In this document: piece by piece, positions 36,282 to 44,081 of the stretch
How the letters are laid out: each line of letters begins with the position of its first letter
How positions within the stretch are numbered: position 1 is the stretch's first letter
Assembly: GCA_017549445.1 (NCBI GenBank)
Contig: JAFYUU010000001.1
Coordinates: 16,332 to 80,331 of the forward strand
Reading direction: 5' to 3'
DNA from: Alphaproteobacteria bacterium
GTDB lineage: Bacteria > Pseudomonadota > Alphaproteobacteria > Rs-D84
Length of the DNA stretch: 64,000 nt
Program-made: the position numbers and the translations under genes
Notes under the pieces: model-generated
Told to the model about the DNA's origin: nothing
What the model saw: the letters and a program-made list of their open reading frames with translations, nothing else
Database searches by the model: none

Positions 36282-37019
36282 TTTTTTATCTTCTGATGAA
36301 TAATACAGACGTGTGTATTCACGCATTACATCAACCACCATGCCACGAAATCCCAGTTTATCCCAATAATGAGATGCAGTGTAAAGACCAACGCTGAAAT
36401 CGTTAAAGCCCACACATTCCCAGTCAATAAACCCAACTATGTCCATCGTTTCGGGATTTAAAATAAAGTTTCCACCAATATCATTATGAAACCAACCGTG
36501 CATAAAAGATGGTGCTTGGGTCGGGACAGATTTGTATTTGCGGATTGATACCGGATCTGCGATACCCGTTTGATAAATGAACAGGGCAATTTGGTTTGCA
36601 ATATGATAACGATTTGCCAAATACGCAGAACGTGGAATCTGGTCCAGGGTGACACCTGGGAAAAATTCGTATTTCCGAACCGCCAGACCGTTAAAGTCCA
36701 AAATCTGCATTTGGGGAATCTTCATTGAAATCTTTTTCCGCAGTGCATCGGTTATATCACGTTCACGTTCTGCACGTTCACGACCATTGTCCAACAAAGG
36801 AAACTTGAACGCATAACGTCCGCCCGCCAAAACAATAAAGTTCTGGCACCCCCAACCAACACAGGTGGTCAGTGGAATTTTAGAATCGTTAAAGTAAGAA
36901 CGCACAAATTTTACATACTGACGTGTATTATAACGCAAACGAACACGCACCAAATTGCGACGGGCACGACCCGGGATAAAACCACAAACGATATTAGAAA
37001 ATAAATTACGTATATTCAT
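36273..37019 (-). CDS. Aminoglycoside/choline-kinase-like phosphotransferase (APH family)
   Basis: 248 aa with the catalytic-loop motif WFHNDIGGNFIL and the metal-binding FIDWE motif. Confidence 0.7.
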   Translation of the reverse strand: MNIRNLFSNIVCGFIPGRARRNLVRVRLRYNTRQYVKFVRSYFNDSKIPLTTCVGWGCQNFIVLAGGRYAFKFPLLDNGRERAERERDITDALRKKISMKIPQMQILDFNGLAVRKYEFFPGVTLDQIPRSAYLANRYHIANQIALFIYQTGIADPVSIRKYKSVPTQAPSFMHGWFHNDIGGNFILNPETMDIVGFIDWECVGFNDFSVGLYTASHYWDKLGFRGMVVDVMREYTRLYYSSEDKKLS

Positions 37020-37036
37020 TTGTATTCTGAAAAATT

Positions 37037-37111
37037 TGGCAACCCCAACGGGAATTGAACCCGTGTTACCAGAATGAGAATCTGATGTCCTAACCGCTAG
37101 ACGATGGGGTC
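37037..37111 (-). tRNA. tRNA-Glu (anticodon CUC as read), CCA end encoded
   Basis: Reverse strand: acceptor GACCCCA/TGGGGTT, the D-arm GTCTAGCGGTTAGGAC typical of tRNA-Glu, anticodon stem TCAGA/TCTGG with loop TTCTCAT, T-arm ACGGG-TTCAATT-CCCGT. Confidence 0.85.
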
Positions 37112-37173
37112 ACGTATTGGGATTCTACACACTGTTTATATTTTTTGCAATCGTTTTGTGTGATGTTTTTCAT

Positions 37174-37200
37174 AAAAAAATGTCCCAATTGGGACATTTT
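37174..37200 (-). terminator. Intrinsic terminator after the suhB-like gene
   Basis: Stem AAAATGTCCC/GGGACATTTT with an AATT loop, overlapping the stop codon. U7 run on the minus strand. Confidence 0.7.
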
Positions 37201-37906
37201 AGATTTCTACTTTGCCGTTCGTGGCAATTAAATCCGCCATCATTTCGATTTTTCCGCCGGCCTCGCGGACAAGCAAATCGCCCGCCGCAATTTCTGCATA
37301 ATCCAATGCATCAGATACAAATGCGTCTAATTTCCCAGCAGCAACCCATGCCAAATCCATCGCAGGGCAACCCGTCCGCAGTGCATTTTCACCAATCATT
37401 GGGCGATTGTCAGATGTGTTATACGCAACCGTCAATTCTGATGGTTCAGTAATATTAGATACACGGATACGCGCCGAATGATATGCCGAATAAACATATG
37501 CACCACGACCGTTTTCCGCATAGTATAAACGTTCATCTATTGGCGAATAAACCAACGCAATTTGCGTTTCATCGTTGGAACGCAGTGCCAAAGATATTGC
37601 AAAATGCGGATTTCCACGAACAAAATTCGATGCACCAGACAGGGCCAAGACAAATTCGTCACGACCGTCACCTTCACGGGTTATTTCTGGTGTCAACAGA
37701 CCCGCAGATGGACGAACCAACAACAGGTCTGACAATATACTTTCTTCGATACGGGATGCGGCCTTGGCCACAAAATCACGTGCACCACGCAGGGATTGTT
37801 GCAGATTTTCAACCTCGCCAAAGTCATGACGCAATGATACGGCCGTCCGCTGTAATGCCATGAACATCTTGTTTAATTCGGTCGAACCCTTAATCAACAA
37901 TTCCAT
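37199..37906 (-). CDS. Inositol monophosphatase/SuhB-family protein with degenerate active site
   Basis: 235 aa that aligns by eye with SuhB (PHFAISLAL; ALDLAWVAAGKLDAF; AAGDLLVREAGG). The metal-binding block WxIDPxDGTxNF reads FVLALSGASNF instead. Confidence 0.7.
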   Translation of the reverse strand: MELLIKGSTELNKMFMALQRTAVSLRHDFGEVENLQQSLRGARDFVAKAASRIEESILSDLLLVRPSAGLLTPEITREGDGRDEFVLALSGASNFVRGNPHFAISLALRSNDETQIALVYSPIDERLYYAENGRGAYVYSAYHSARIRVSNITEPSELTVAYNTSDNRPMIGENALRTGCPAMDLAWVAAGKLDAFVSDALDYAEIAAGDLLVREAGGKIEMMADLIATNGKVEI

Positions 37907-37931
37907 TTTCCGCCCCCATCAGACGTATAGA

Positions 37932-38144
37932 TTAAAACTTGAACCCTGCGAATTTGCTCTTGAACTCGGCCGCACGTTGACCCTTTTCACCAGCATTAGA
38001 ACGCTGACCTGTCCAGGCAGAATGATTCAAATTGTCTGTTGATAAAACCAAGTCCTTTTTAACAGAAGAATACATTTTAACAGTATTGCCATCCGTCATT
38101 GTGACGTTGATTTCATGATATTCTGGATGAATTCCTTGTTTCAT
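37932..38144 (-). CDS. rpmE: 50S ribosomal protein L31 (Cys-free type)
   Basis: 70 aa with MKQGIHPEYHEINVTMTDGNTVKMYSS...HSAWTG. No zinc-ribbon cysteines. Confidence 0.9.
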   Translation of the reverse strand: MKQGIHPEYHEINVTMTDGNTVKMYSSVKKDLVLSTDNLNHSAWTGQRSNAGEKGQRAAEFKSKFAGFKF

Positions 38145-38233
38145 TTTATTACCCTTTTATAAAATATAAGCCCGTTTATTATATTTGTTTTTTTTCATAA
38201 ATCAAGCAATATTAGCATTTTATGTGCCTGATT

Positions 38234-38743
38234 TTAATAACGGCCAATGCAACCCAGATAGGAATTGCCCGTTGATTCAAGAACATTTATAAACTGGCTT
38301 TGATTTTTTCCAGAAAATAGTGCCAAAATCGTCCCGGCATCCGTTGCCAACATATCCGCAACAGTCGCAATCCCGGCATTCATTTTCTTGAAAAAACCAC
38401 TGGTTGGGTAAATTTCTGCCGCCAACAACTGGTTCGAACCACGGGGTTTGGCACGACGGTCTGATTCTATGACCATCAGCTGACACTCGGGCGAGATGAT
38501 AACCTTGTCCGTGACGACCGCACCGCCACCCAGCAATTCACCCCACCAACCCGTCGATTCGCAAAAGACAGGATAATATACACACGCATCTGGATTCTGG
38601 GCCAACAGGTCCGCCAAATCCAAATCACCCGTTACCACGCTGGGCATAACACCCGTTGCGGTATTTATAACCTTGCGAGACAACTGATACGTTGGATCAG
38701 TCGTTGTCTTGCGTGGCCAATAAAGAATCGGAAACTGTTTCAT
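38234..38743 (-). CDS. Hypothetical protein (169 aa)
   Basis: ORF filling the gap between the VirB6-like gene P0 and rpmE on the same strand. No RBS and no motifs recognised. Confidence 0.5.
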   Translation of the reverse strand: MKQFPILYWPRKTTTDPTYQLSRKVINTATGVMPSVVTGDLDLADLLAQNPDACVYYPVFCESTGWWGELLGGGAVVTDKVIISPECQLMVIESDRRAKPRGSNQLLAAEIYPTSGFFKKMNAGIATVADMLATDAGTILALFSGKNQSQFINVLESTGNSYLGCIGRY

Positions 38744-38813
38744 TGCTAAGAATTATATCAGATTCGGAGATTACAAAAAAGGGGGGCAGGTTAAATAAAG
38801 GGCTTGCATTTTT

Positions 38814-40094
38814 TTATTTTGTAATTTTTTCGTAATATCCCTTGATGCCATTCCATAAAATATTGATGTCTTTTTTCGCCTTGTCATAGAATTCTTGGGA
38901 TACGCTGACGTTAAATATCGTCTTGATTAAAGCCGGTATCATCGTCATAAACATCGCAATAAACACACCCAATAACACAATCGTTATCAGCGAATCGTTT
39001 CGCATCATCAGACCATCAAGCAGAATCGTCGAATCGTTTTGTTCAAATGCCAACTGTAATCTGAACACACCGTCCCAAGTCCCAAATACAGCGTTCAGAA
39101 ACATTACTGAAAATGTTAAAAACACACCCGTCAGGGCCAGACCCAACGCACCATTTACGGCACTGTCCACAATGGCAGGCATACCCTTGGAATGGGCACC
39201 CTTGGGGAAAAGTTTCCAATCGGAAAACAACCAGGACATCAGCGTCAGGGGCAACAAGATTAAATCCATACCAATCTTGACGAAGATTTCCAGAAAAAAC
39301 AGCGGTATCGGCAACAGGGCGACAAAAAACAGAACCATTACCAATAATCCTGCAAAGAACATTGGAACATTTGGAAATATCGGAATATCCCACATAATTT
39401 TATGCATATAACGTTCATTAAATGCCATACCCATCATTGTCCAGCCAACCGTCATTCCCAGCGATGTCATTTGATGGACATTTGCCAACTGGCACGTCAG
39501 ATTGTGACGCAGGCGGGGCGAAAACGCACCGCCGTCTGGGGATGTTTTATCCGCCAGGGCCGTGGCAACAATGCACGTGTCAAAATTAGAATCGTCCGTT
39601 ATAACATGGTTGACCGCCAGCCCCACGTTAAACACCGGGGTAATAACAATATCTGATATCATTCGGGGCAGTGGCGTGACCAACAAAATACATATTATCG
39701 CAGTTCTGACAAATTTAGTGGTGAATTGTGTGCCAATGGCAGAAGGCGATTCGGGTGGTGTTCCATTGAAATATCCCGACAATAATTTCCAAGCCATCCA
39801 GACCGCAACCAGTGTCAAAATAATTGGAATCATTGCCGAACCAAGACCAGAATAAACACGGGGTAAAAATCCAGACAGGGTCGAGATAATGTCTGAAAAC
39901 ATTTGGCAAGACCAACAACTGGAAAAGAATTTCATCGCATCGACCATGTTGACGGGGGCGACACTGCGGTATATTGAAAAACCCGCCAAAGTCCCCAGGC
40001 CTGCAATACCGACCGCAATCCAGGGAGCAACCGCCCCTGCCCCGATTGGCAGAAAGGATAAAAACACTATCCAAAATTTTTTTAATCGATTCAT
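38814..40094 (-). CDS. Polytopic membrane protein, paralog P0 of the array (VirB6/TrbL-like, tentative)
   Basis: Using the start MNRLKKFWIV at 40094, the protein is 427 aa. The 74-codon upstream extension in the ORF track is antisense to the neighbouring gene P1. It has many hydrophobic helices, a CWSC motif at residues 60-63, a central loop with a Cys pair, and an amphipathic charged C-terminus. It shares this architecture with 40169-45380. Confidence 0.6.
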   Translation of the reverse strand: MNRLKKFWIVFLSFLPIGAGAVAPWIAVGIAGLGTLAGFSIYRSVAPVNMVDAMKFFSSCWSCQMFSDIISTLSGFLPRVYSGLGSAMIPIILTLVAVWMAWKLLSGYFNGTPPESPSAIGTQFTTKFVRTAIICILLVTPLPRMISDIVITPVFNVGLAVNHVITDDSNFDTCIVATALADKTSPDGGAFSPRLRHNLTCQLANVHQMTSLGMTVGWTMMGMAFNERYMHKIMWDIPIFPNVPMFFAGLLVMVLFFVALLPIPLFFLEIFVKIGMDLILLPLTLMSWLFSDWKLFPKGAHSKGMPAIVDSAVNGALGLALTGVFLTFSVMFLNAVFGTWDGVFRLQLAFEQNDSTILLDGLMMRNDSLITIVLLGVFIAMFMTMIPALIKTIFNVSVSQEFYDKAKKDINILWNGIKGYYEKITK

Positions 40095-40104
40095 TGCTTT
40101 TAAG

Positions 40105-40134
40105 TATATCACATTTTGTCCCAAATGTGATATA
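40105..40134. promoter_or_regulatory. Perfect 12-bp inverted repeat (candidate operator) in the divergent P0/P1 intergenic region
   Basis: TATATCACATTT (40105-40116), TGTCCC spacer, AAATGTGATATA (40123-40134). The right arm overlaps a TATAAT box (40131-40136) facing P1. The left arm ends 10 nt from the P0 start codon. Confidence 0.5.
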
Positions 40135-40168
40135 ATTGAAAAGATAAATATTATAAAGAGAGAATAAA

Positions 40169-41416
40169 TTGCGTCGTTTTTTTGCAACAGCACTGTTTTT
40201 TGTGGGACTGGCGTTGATGCCTGGTGCTGGGCACGCAGATTTAATTCAATCGTTTGACCTGTCGCCCGTGGTGCCAACTGTGTTGGACGCAATGATGATG
40301 GTCGCAACGGGAACATACGAATACTTTGTTCAAGATGGATGGGGAATTATACAGTTGCTGATTTGGGGATTTTTGGGATTCTCGATTGCACTGGGGCTGA
40401 TTAAAATGTATTTCCCAAAACAGATTCTGCAATTTGTTGGTTTTTCCGGCGGTGGCGAAATGTGGGATGGAAAGGCCACACCAAAAAATATGATAGAAGG
40501 AATACTGAAACCAGGATTGCGTGCAATTATTGCGGTGATTTTCCTGTTGCAGATTAAACCTGTGTTTATGACAAACTGGATATTAAATCCGTTTTTAGAA
40601 TTTGGTTCGATTTACACACGTGTTGTGCTGGGCACAATGAACGAAGCAAATATCGTCAACCCTGAAAAAGTGACCTGCCCCGCCGACATCGTGGAAAAAG
40701 CATGGATTTCTGAAAAGTCCTGTGAATTTTTGACCCAACCTGTTGCAGACCTGTCACACGCAAACAACCAGGTCATTCGCCGGGGAATTCAATTTATGAA
40801 ACAAGGTTTGCGGGGTATGCTGACACTGTTTTCACATAACGGTGGGGAAAACCTGATGAACCTGTTGTCGGGTATTGTAATTATCGTCACGTTCGCTGGG
40901 TGCAATTTATTTATGGCACTGTTGATTATCCAGGCAATCTTTAATCTGGGGATTGCAATTATACTGTATCCATTTAACGTCCTGGTGTGGGTGATAAAAG
41001 ACGACAAGGACTGGTTCAATCTGTGGCCCGCATTCAGCAATATCGTCAAGGCACTGCAAGATATAATAATTACGATGATTTCTTGTGCATTTATACTGTG
41101 CATAAACGTTGCAGTTATCAAGGCGTTGTTCCAATGGAACTCGTCCGTGTTCGTTGCTGCGGCAGGCGGAACCGCATCAGGTAATATTCCAACCGTTGCA
41201 AATAACGCAATGGGGTTCGGACAACATTCTGTGCTGATAATTTCTGCAATACTGACGTTCTATATCATGAAACGTGTGTTCGATGTCACGCAAAGTCAAT
41301 TAAAGGCATACACAGGAGGTATGGACGGACTGTATAACACGGTTAAATCTGATGCCAAGGCAACCGTCAGCATTGTTAAAGACCTGGGGAAAAAAGTTAA
41401 AGGATTGTTTAAGTAA
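40169..41416 (+). CDS. Polytopic membrane protein, paralog P1 (VirB6/TrbL-like, tentative)
   Basis: 415 aa with a TTG start after an AAAGAGAGAA RBS. Cleavable-looking signal peptide (ALFFVGLALMPGAGHA), several TM helices, a central Cys-pair loop (CPADIVEKAWISEKSC) and a charged C-terminal tail. Confidence 0.6.
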   Translation: MRRFFATALFFVGLALMPGAGHADLIQSFDLSPVVPTVLDAMMMVATGTYEYFVQDGWGIIQLLIWGFLGFSIALGLIKMYFPKQILQFVGFSGGGEMWDGKATPKNMIEGILKPGLRAIIAVIFLLQIKPVFMTNWILNPFLEFGSIYTRVVLGTMNEANIVNPEKVTCPADIVEKAWISEKSCEFLTQPVADLSHANNQVIRRGIQFMKQGLRGMLTLFSHNGGENLMNLLSGIVIIVTFAGCNLFMALLIIQAIFNLGIAIILYPFNVLVWVIKDDKDWFNLWPAFSNIVKALQDIIITMISCAFILCINVAVIKALFQWNSSVFVAAAGGTASGNIPTVANNAMGFGQHSVLIISAILTFYIMKRVFDVTQSQLKAYTGGMDGLYNTVKSDAKATVSIVKDLGKKVKGLFK

Positions 41417-41421
41417 ATATC

Positions 41422-42639
41422 ATGGACGAACTGATGCGTAATTTTGTTGATAAAACAGTCCAGTGTTGGGGATGCGAATTGTTTGATCGCCTGTTCCAGG
41501 TTATCAATGTGGCCGTGACCGCCGTGTATGACAATATCGCACAGTTCTGTATGATACTGATGTTGGTGATATTTGCGTTTATGATTCTGAATGCATTTTA
41601 CCAGAATATGAAGGCACTGCACGATAACAAGTCGCCAGATACGTGGTATAAAAAGTCGGTCCAAAAAGCATTTGTAAATTCTGCGTTCGTGTTGGCACTG
41701 TTGGGATTGGGTGTGACGGTGCCACGACTTATCACAACAATAACGTTCGAGCCAGTCGCAACAACCACACAGTTGTATTCCCAGGCAATAATCGGTATGA
41801 ATCAAGATGAAATAAATGAACGGGTCACATACCAGCCAATCAAATTGGATAATACTCAACAAGAGATGTTTTTCAGACCACAACTGCGTGACAGGGTTAT
41901 CTTGTTGATGAAGACAACCATCGCAGAATTTCAATCCTATATCAAACTGGGTATAGCGATGATGGACAAGGCATTTTCTTGGGACGCACTGTTAAAGTTC
42001 GGTTTGGGGTCGATTATGAAACATGTCGCACTGTTTATGGCGGGGCTGTATATGTTTATCACGTTTATGCGGATTTTTATGCAATACTGTTTTAGATTCG
42101 CAGACGTTATTGTGGCAATGGCTATGTTCGCATTTTTCTTTCCGCTGTCGCTGATGATGATGGCATTCAAGGGCGTAGAGCATGTGCCAGATTGGCTGAC
42201 ACATTTTGGCAAAGGGGTCGGGACAGATCAATTCAAGAAACTGGTAAATGCAATTGTGGCATTGGCTTCGTGCGTAATTACATACACCGTGATTATGGTA
42301 ATATTGGCCAAGTTCTTTTCTGACCCAGATGTCGCAAGTGTTGGACTGATGGAAAAAATTACAACAGGACAGATTTTCGAGTCCGATTTGTCACTGGAAA
42401 ATTTAGAAGATATAACACTGGTAAAAACTGTTATACTGACATACGTTATGGTTTTCATTTACAAACAAATCCCACAGGTGACTAAAACAATCCTGTCGGC
42501 ATTTAATGTGGGTGAAGAAACAAGTTTAAGTGACCAATTGGCAAAAGACGCAGAACGTTTGGTCACGGTCGCAGCACAGGGTGCCGTCAAGGTCGGAAAA
42601 ATTATCGCATCTGGTGGCGAAGAAAAAAAAGATGAATAA
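41422..42639 (+). CDS. Polytopic membrane protein, paralog P2 (VirB6/TrbL-like, tentative)
   Basis: 405 aa, starting 5 nt after the P1 stop. CWGC motif at residues 15-18 followed by TM helices. C-terminal tail ...GGEEKKDE. Confidence 0.6.
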   Translation: MDELMRNFVDKTVQCWGCELFDRLFQVINVAVTAVYDNIAQFCMILMLVIFAFMILNAFYQNMKALHDNKSPDTWYKKSVQKAFVNSAFVLALLGLGVTVPRLITTITFEPVATTTQLYSQAIIGMNQDEINERVTYQPIKLDNTQQEMFFRPQLRDRVILLMKTTIAEFQSYIKLGIAMMDKAFSWDALLKFGLGSIMKHVALFMAGLYMFITFMRIFMQYCFRFADVIVAMAMFAFFFPLSLMMMAFKGVEHVPDWLTHFGKGVGTDQFKKLVNAIVALASCVITYTVIMVILAKFFSDPDVASVGLMEKITTGQIFESDLSLENLEDITLVKTVILTYVMVFIYKQIPQVTKTILSAFNVGEETSLSDQLAKDAERLVTVAAQGAVKVGKIIASGGEEKKDE

Positions 42640-42648
42640 AGGCAGATA

Positions 42649-44079
42649 ATGAAAGCAAAACTGATTCTGTTGGCATTAAAAATATTTATGGTTGCCGTCA
42701 CTTTGGGGATTGGTATTTGGTATCTGTCTTCGTCAATCGGTGGTGGGGCATTGACATACACCAGTGTTGATAATTTCTTGATAGCAGTTGGGGCAACAGA
42801 TGGAGATGTCGCAAGTGTCAATGGTTGTTTCCTGTGCAGGTATTTAACCGATTTGTTCACGGTGCTGGGGGACGCAACGGGAATGTTCTGGGAACGGATG
42901 TTGAATATACTGTTGGTGCTGATGGCGTTGGGGTTTGGTCTGTTTATGATTATAACGGGGGTTAAACATGTGTGGGAAGCACTGAAAGATTCTGGAAACA
43001 ACCCAAAGACAGACGATAAACGCATAAATGCAAAACCATGGGTTGATAAAGTTGTTAAACAGGGTATTCGGGTGTTATTTGTGTCGGCACTGTTGGGTGG
43101 TTTGGCATTTGGCGGAACAGATGCACTGCGATTTATTTCTAATTTGATTATCACACCTGTGTTATATGTGGGGGCAGAACTGGCGATGATGGCCAGTGGT
43201 ATTTCGGATGGAGCAACGTGCGGTGCATTAGCCACATCAGGCAATGAAATTCTGGGACCTGTGTTGGGGTCATTTATGTGCGTAATTGGAAATATAAACA
43301 GTGTTATCCTGGCTGGGGCATCAGGGGGATTTGCGTTGATGAACTATGCCTGGTTAGGCATGGGGGGCGGTGCGTTCACGTGGATTGCAGGACTGGGGTT
43401 GGTGCTGATGTTTCTGATGATTGGTTTTGATTTGTTCTTTCAGATTCTGTCCGTGATATTCAAACTGATTTTCGTAATTATCTTTATGCCGTTCCTGTTG
43501 GTTGCATACGCATTCGAAGGGGCATGGAAGGTTGCGGGGGGACTGTTCAAAAGTGGTATCAATATGGTGGTCAAATCCGCCGTGCAAATTGTTATTGTCT
43601 CGTTAAAGGTTGTTATTATTTATGCAACCGTGGCATATGCATCTGATGCATATATGCCAGGGCCTGTTGATGGATACAGTGCAATCTTGCCACCGATAAT
43701 GGGTATGGGGCCGGAAAATCCAGATACACAGACAATGGCGGTTATTGATGTGTTCGCACAGTGCGAAAAAGTCGGACTGAGTGATGGCGAAATGGATAAA
43801 GACAAATTCACAGAATGTTTCAATGAAAAAAAATCCCAGGTAGAAAGTGTTTATCCTGATGCGTTTGGTTTCTTGGACGATGGGTGGGATTTCTTGGTTA
43901 TGATGTTTGGATTGTTCTTTATTTATTTCTATGTAATCAAGGCACGGGTGGATAATATCATCGGTAAAGAATCGTCTGAACAGTTTGACTTTGGCGGGCA
44001 GTTAAAATTACTGGGGCAGAAAATCTGGGCCGTGCCAAAGCAAATCGGTGAAGCAATCGCCAAAGCAGTGGAATCTTAA
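42649..44079 (+). CDS. Polytopic membrane protein, paralog P3 (VirB6/TrbL-like, tentative)
   Basis: 476 aa, starting 9 nt after the P2 stop. N-terminal TM helix, CFLC at residues 60-63, Gly-rich TM helices, and an extra Cys-containing acidic loop (CEKVGLSDGEMDKDKFTEC). Confidence 0.6.
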   Translation: MKAKLILLALKIFMVAVTLGIGIWYLSSSIGGGALTYTSVDNFLIAVGATDGDVASVNGCFLCRYLTDLFTVLGDATGMFWERMLNILLVLMALGFGLFMIITGVKHVWEALKDSGNNPKTDDKRINAKPWVDKVVKQGIRVLFVSALLGGLAFGGTDALRFISNLIITPVLYVGAELAMMASGISDGATCGALATSGNEILGPVLGSFMCVIGNINSVILAGASGGFALMNYAWLGMGGGAFTWIAGLGLVLMFLMIGFDLFFQILSVIFKLIFVIIFMPFLLVAYAFEGAWKVAGGLFKSGINMVVKSAVQIVIVSLKVVIIYATVAYASDAYMPGPVDGYSAILPPIMGMGPENPDTQTMAVIDVFAQCEKVGLSDGEMDKDKFTECFNEKKSQVESVYPDAFGFLDDGWDFLVMMFGLFFIYFYVIKARVDNIIGKESSEQFDFGGQLKLLGQKIWAVPKQIGEAIAKAVES

Positions 44080-44081
44080 AA

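Noticed and set aside
37932-38144. L31 lacks all zinc-ribbon cysteines, considered as evidence for a zinc-starvation paralog switch.
   Set aside because: Cys-free L31 is the normal form in many Alphaproteobacteria, and no second rpmE copy is visible in the window.
40095-40316. A 74-codon N-terminal extension of paralog P0, which gives the ORF-track start at 40316.
   Set aside because: The extension is antisense to the signal peptide and N-terminus of P1 and translates to a Pro/Arg/Gln-rich non-membrane sequence. The internal ATG at 40094 gives an N-terminus that matches the other paralogs.
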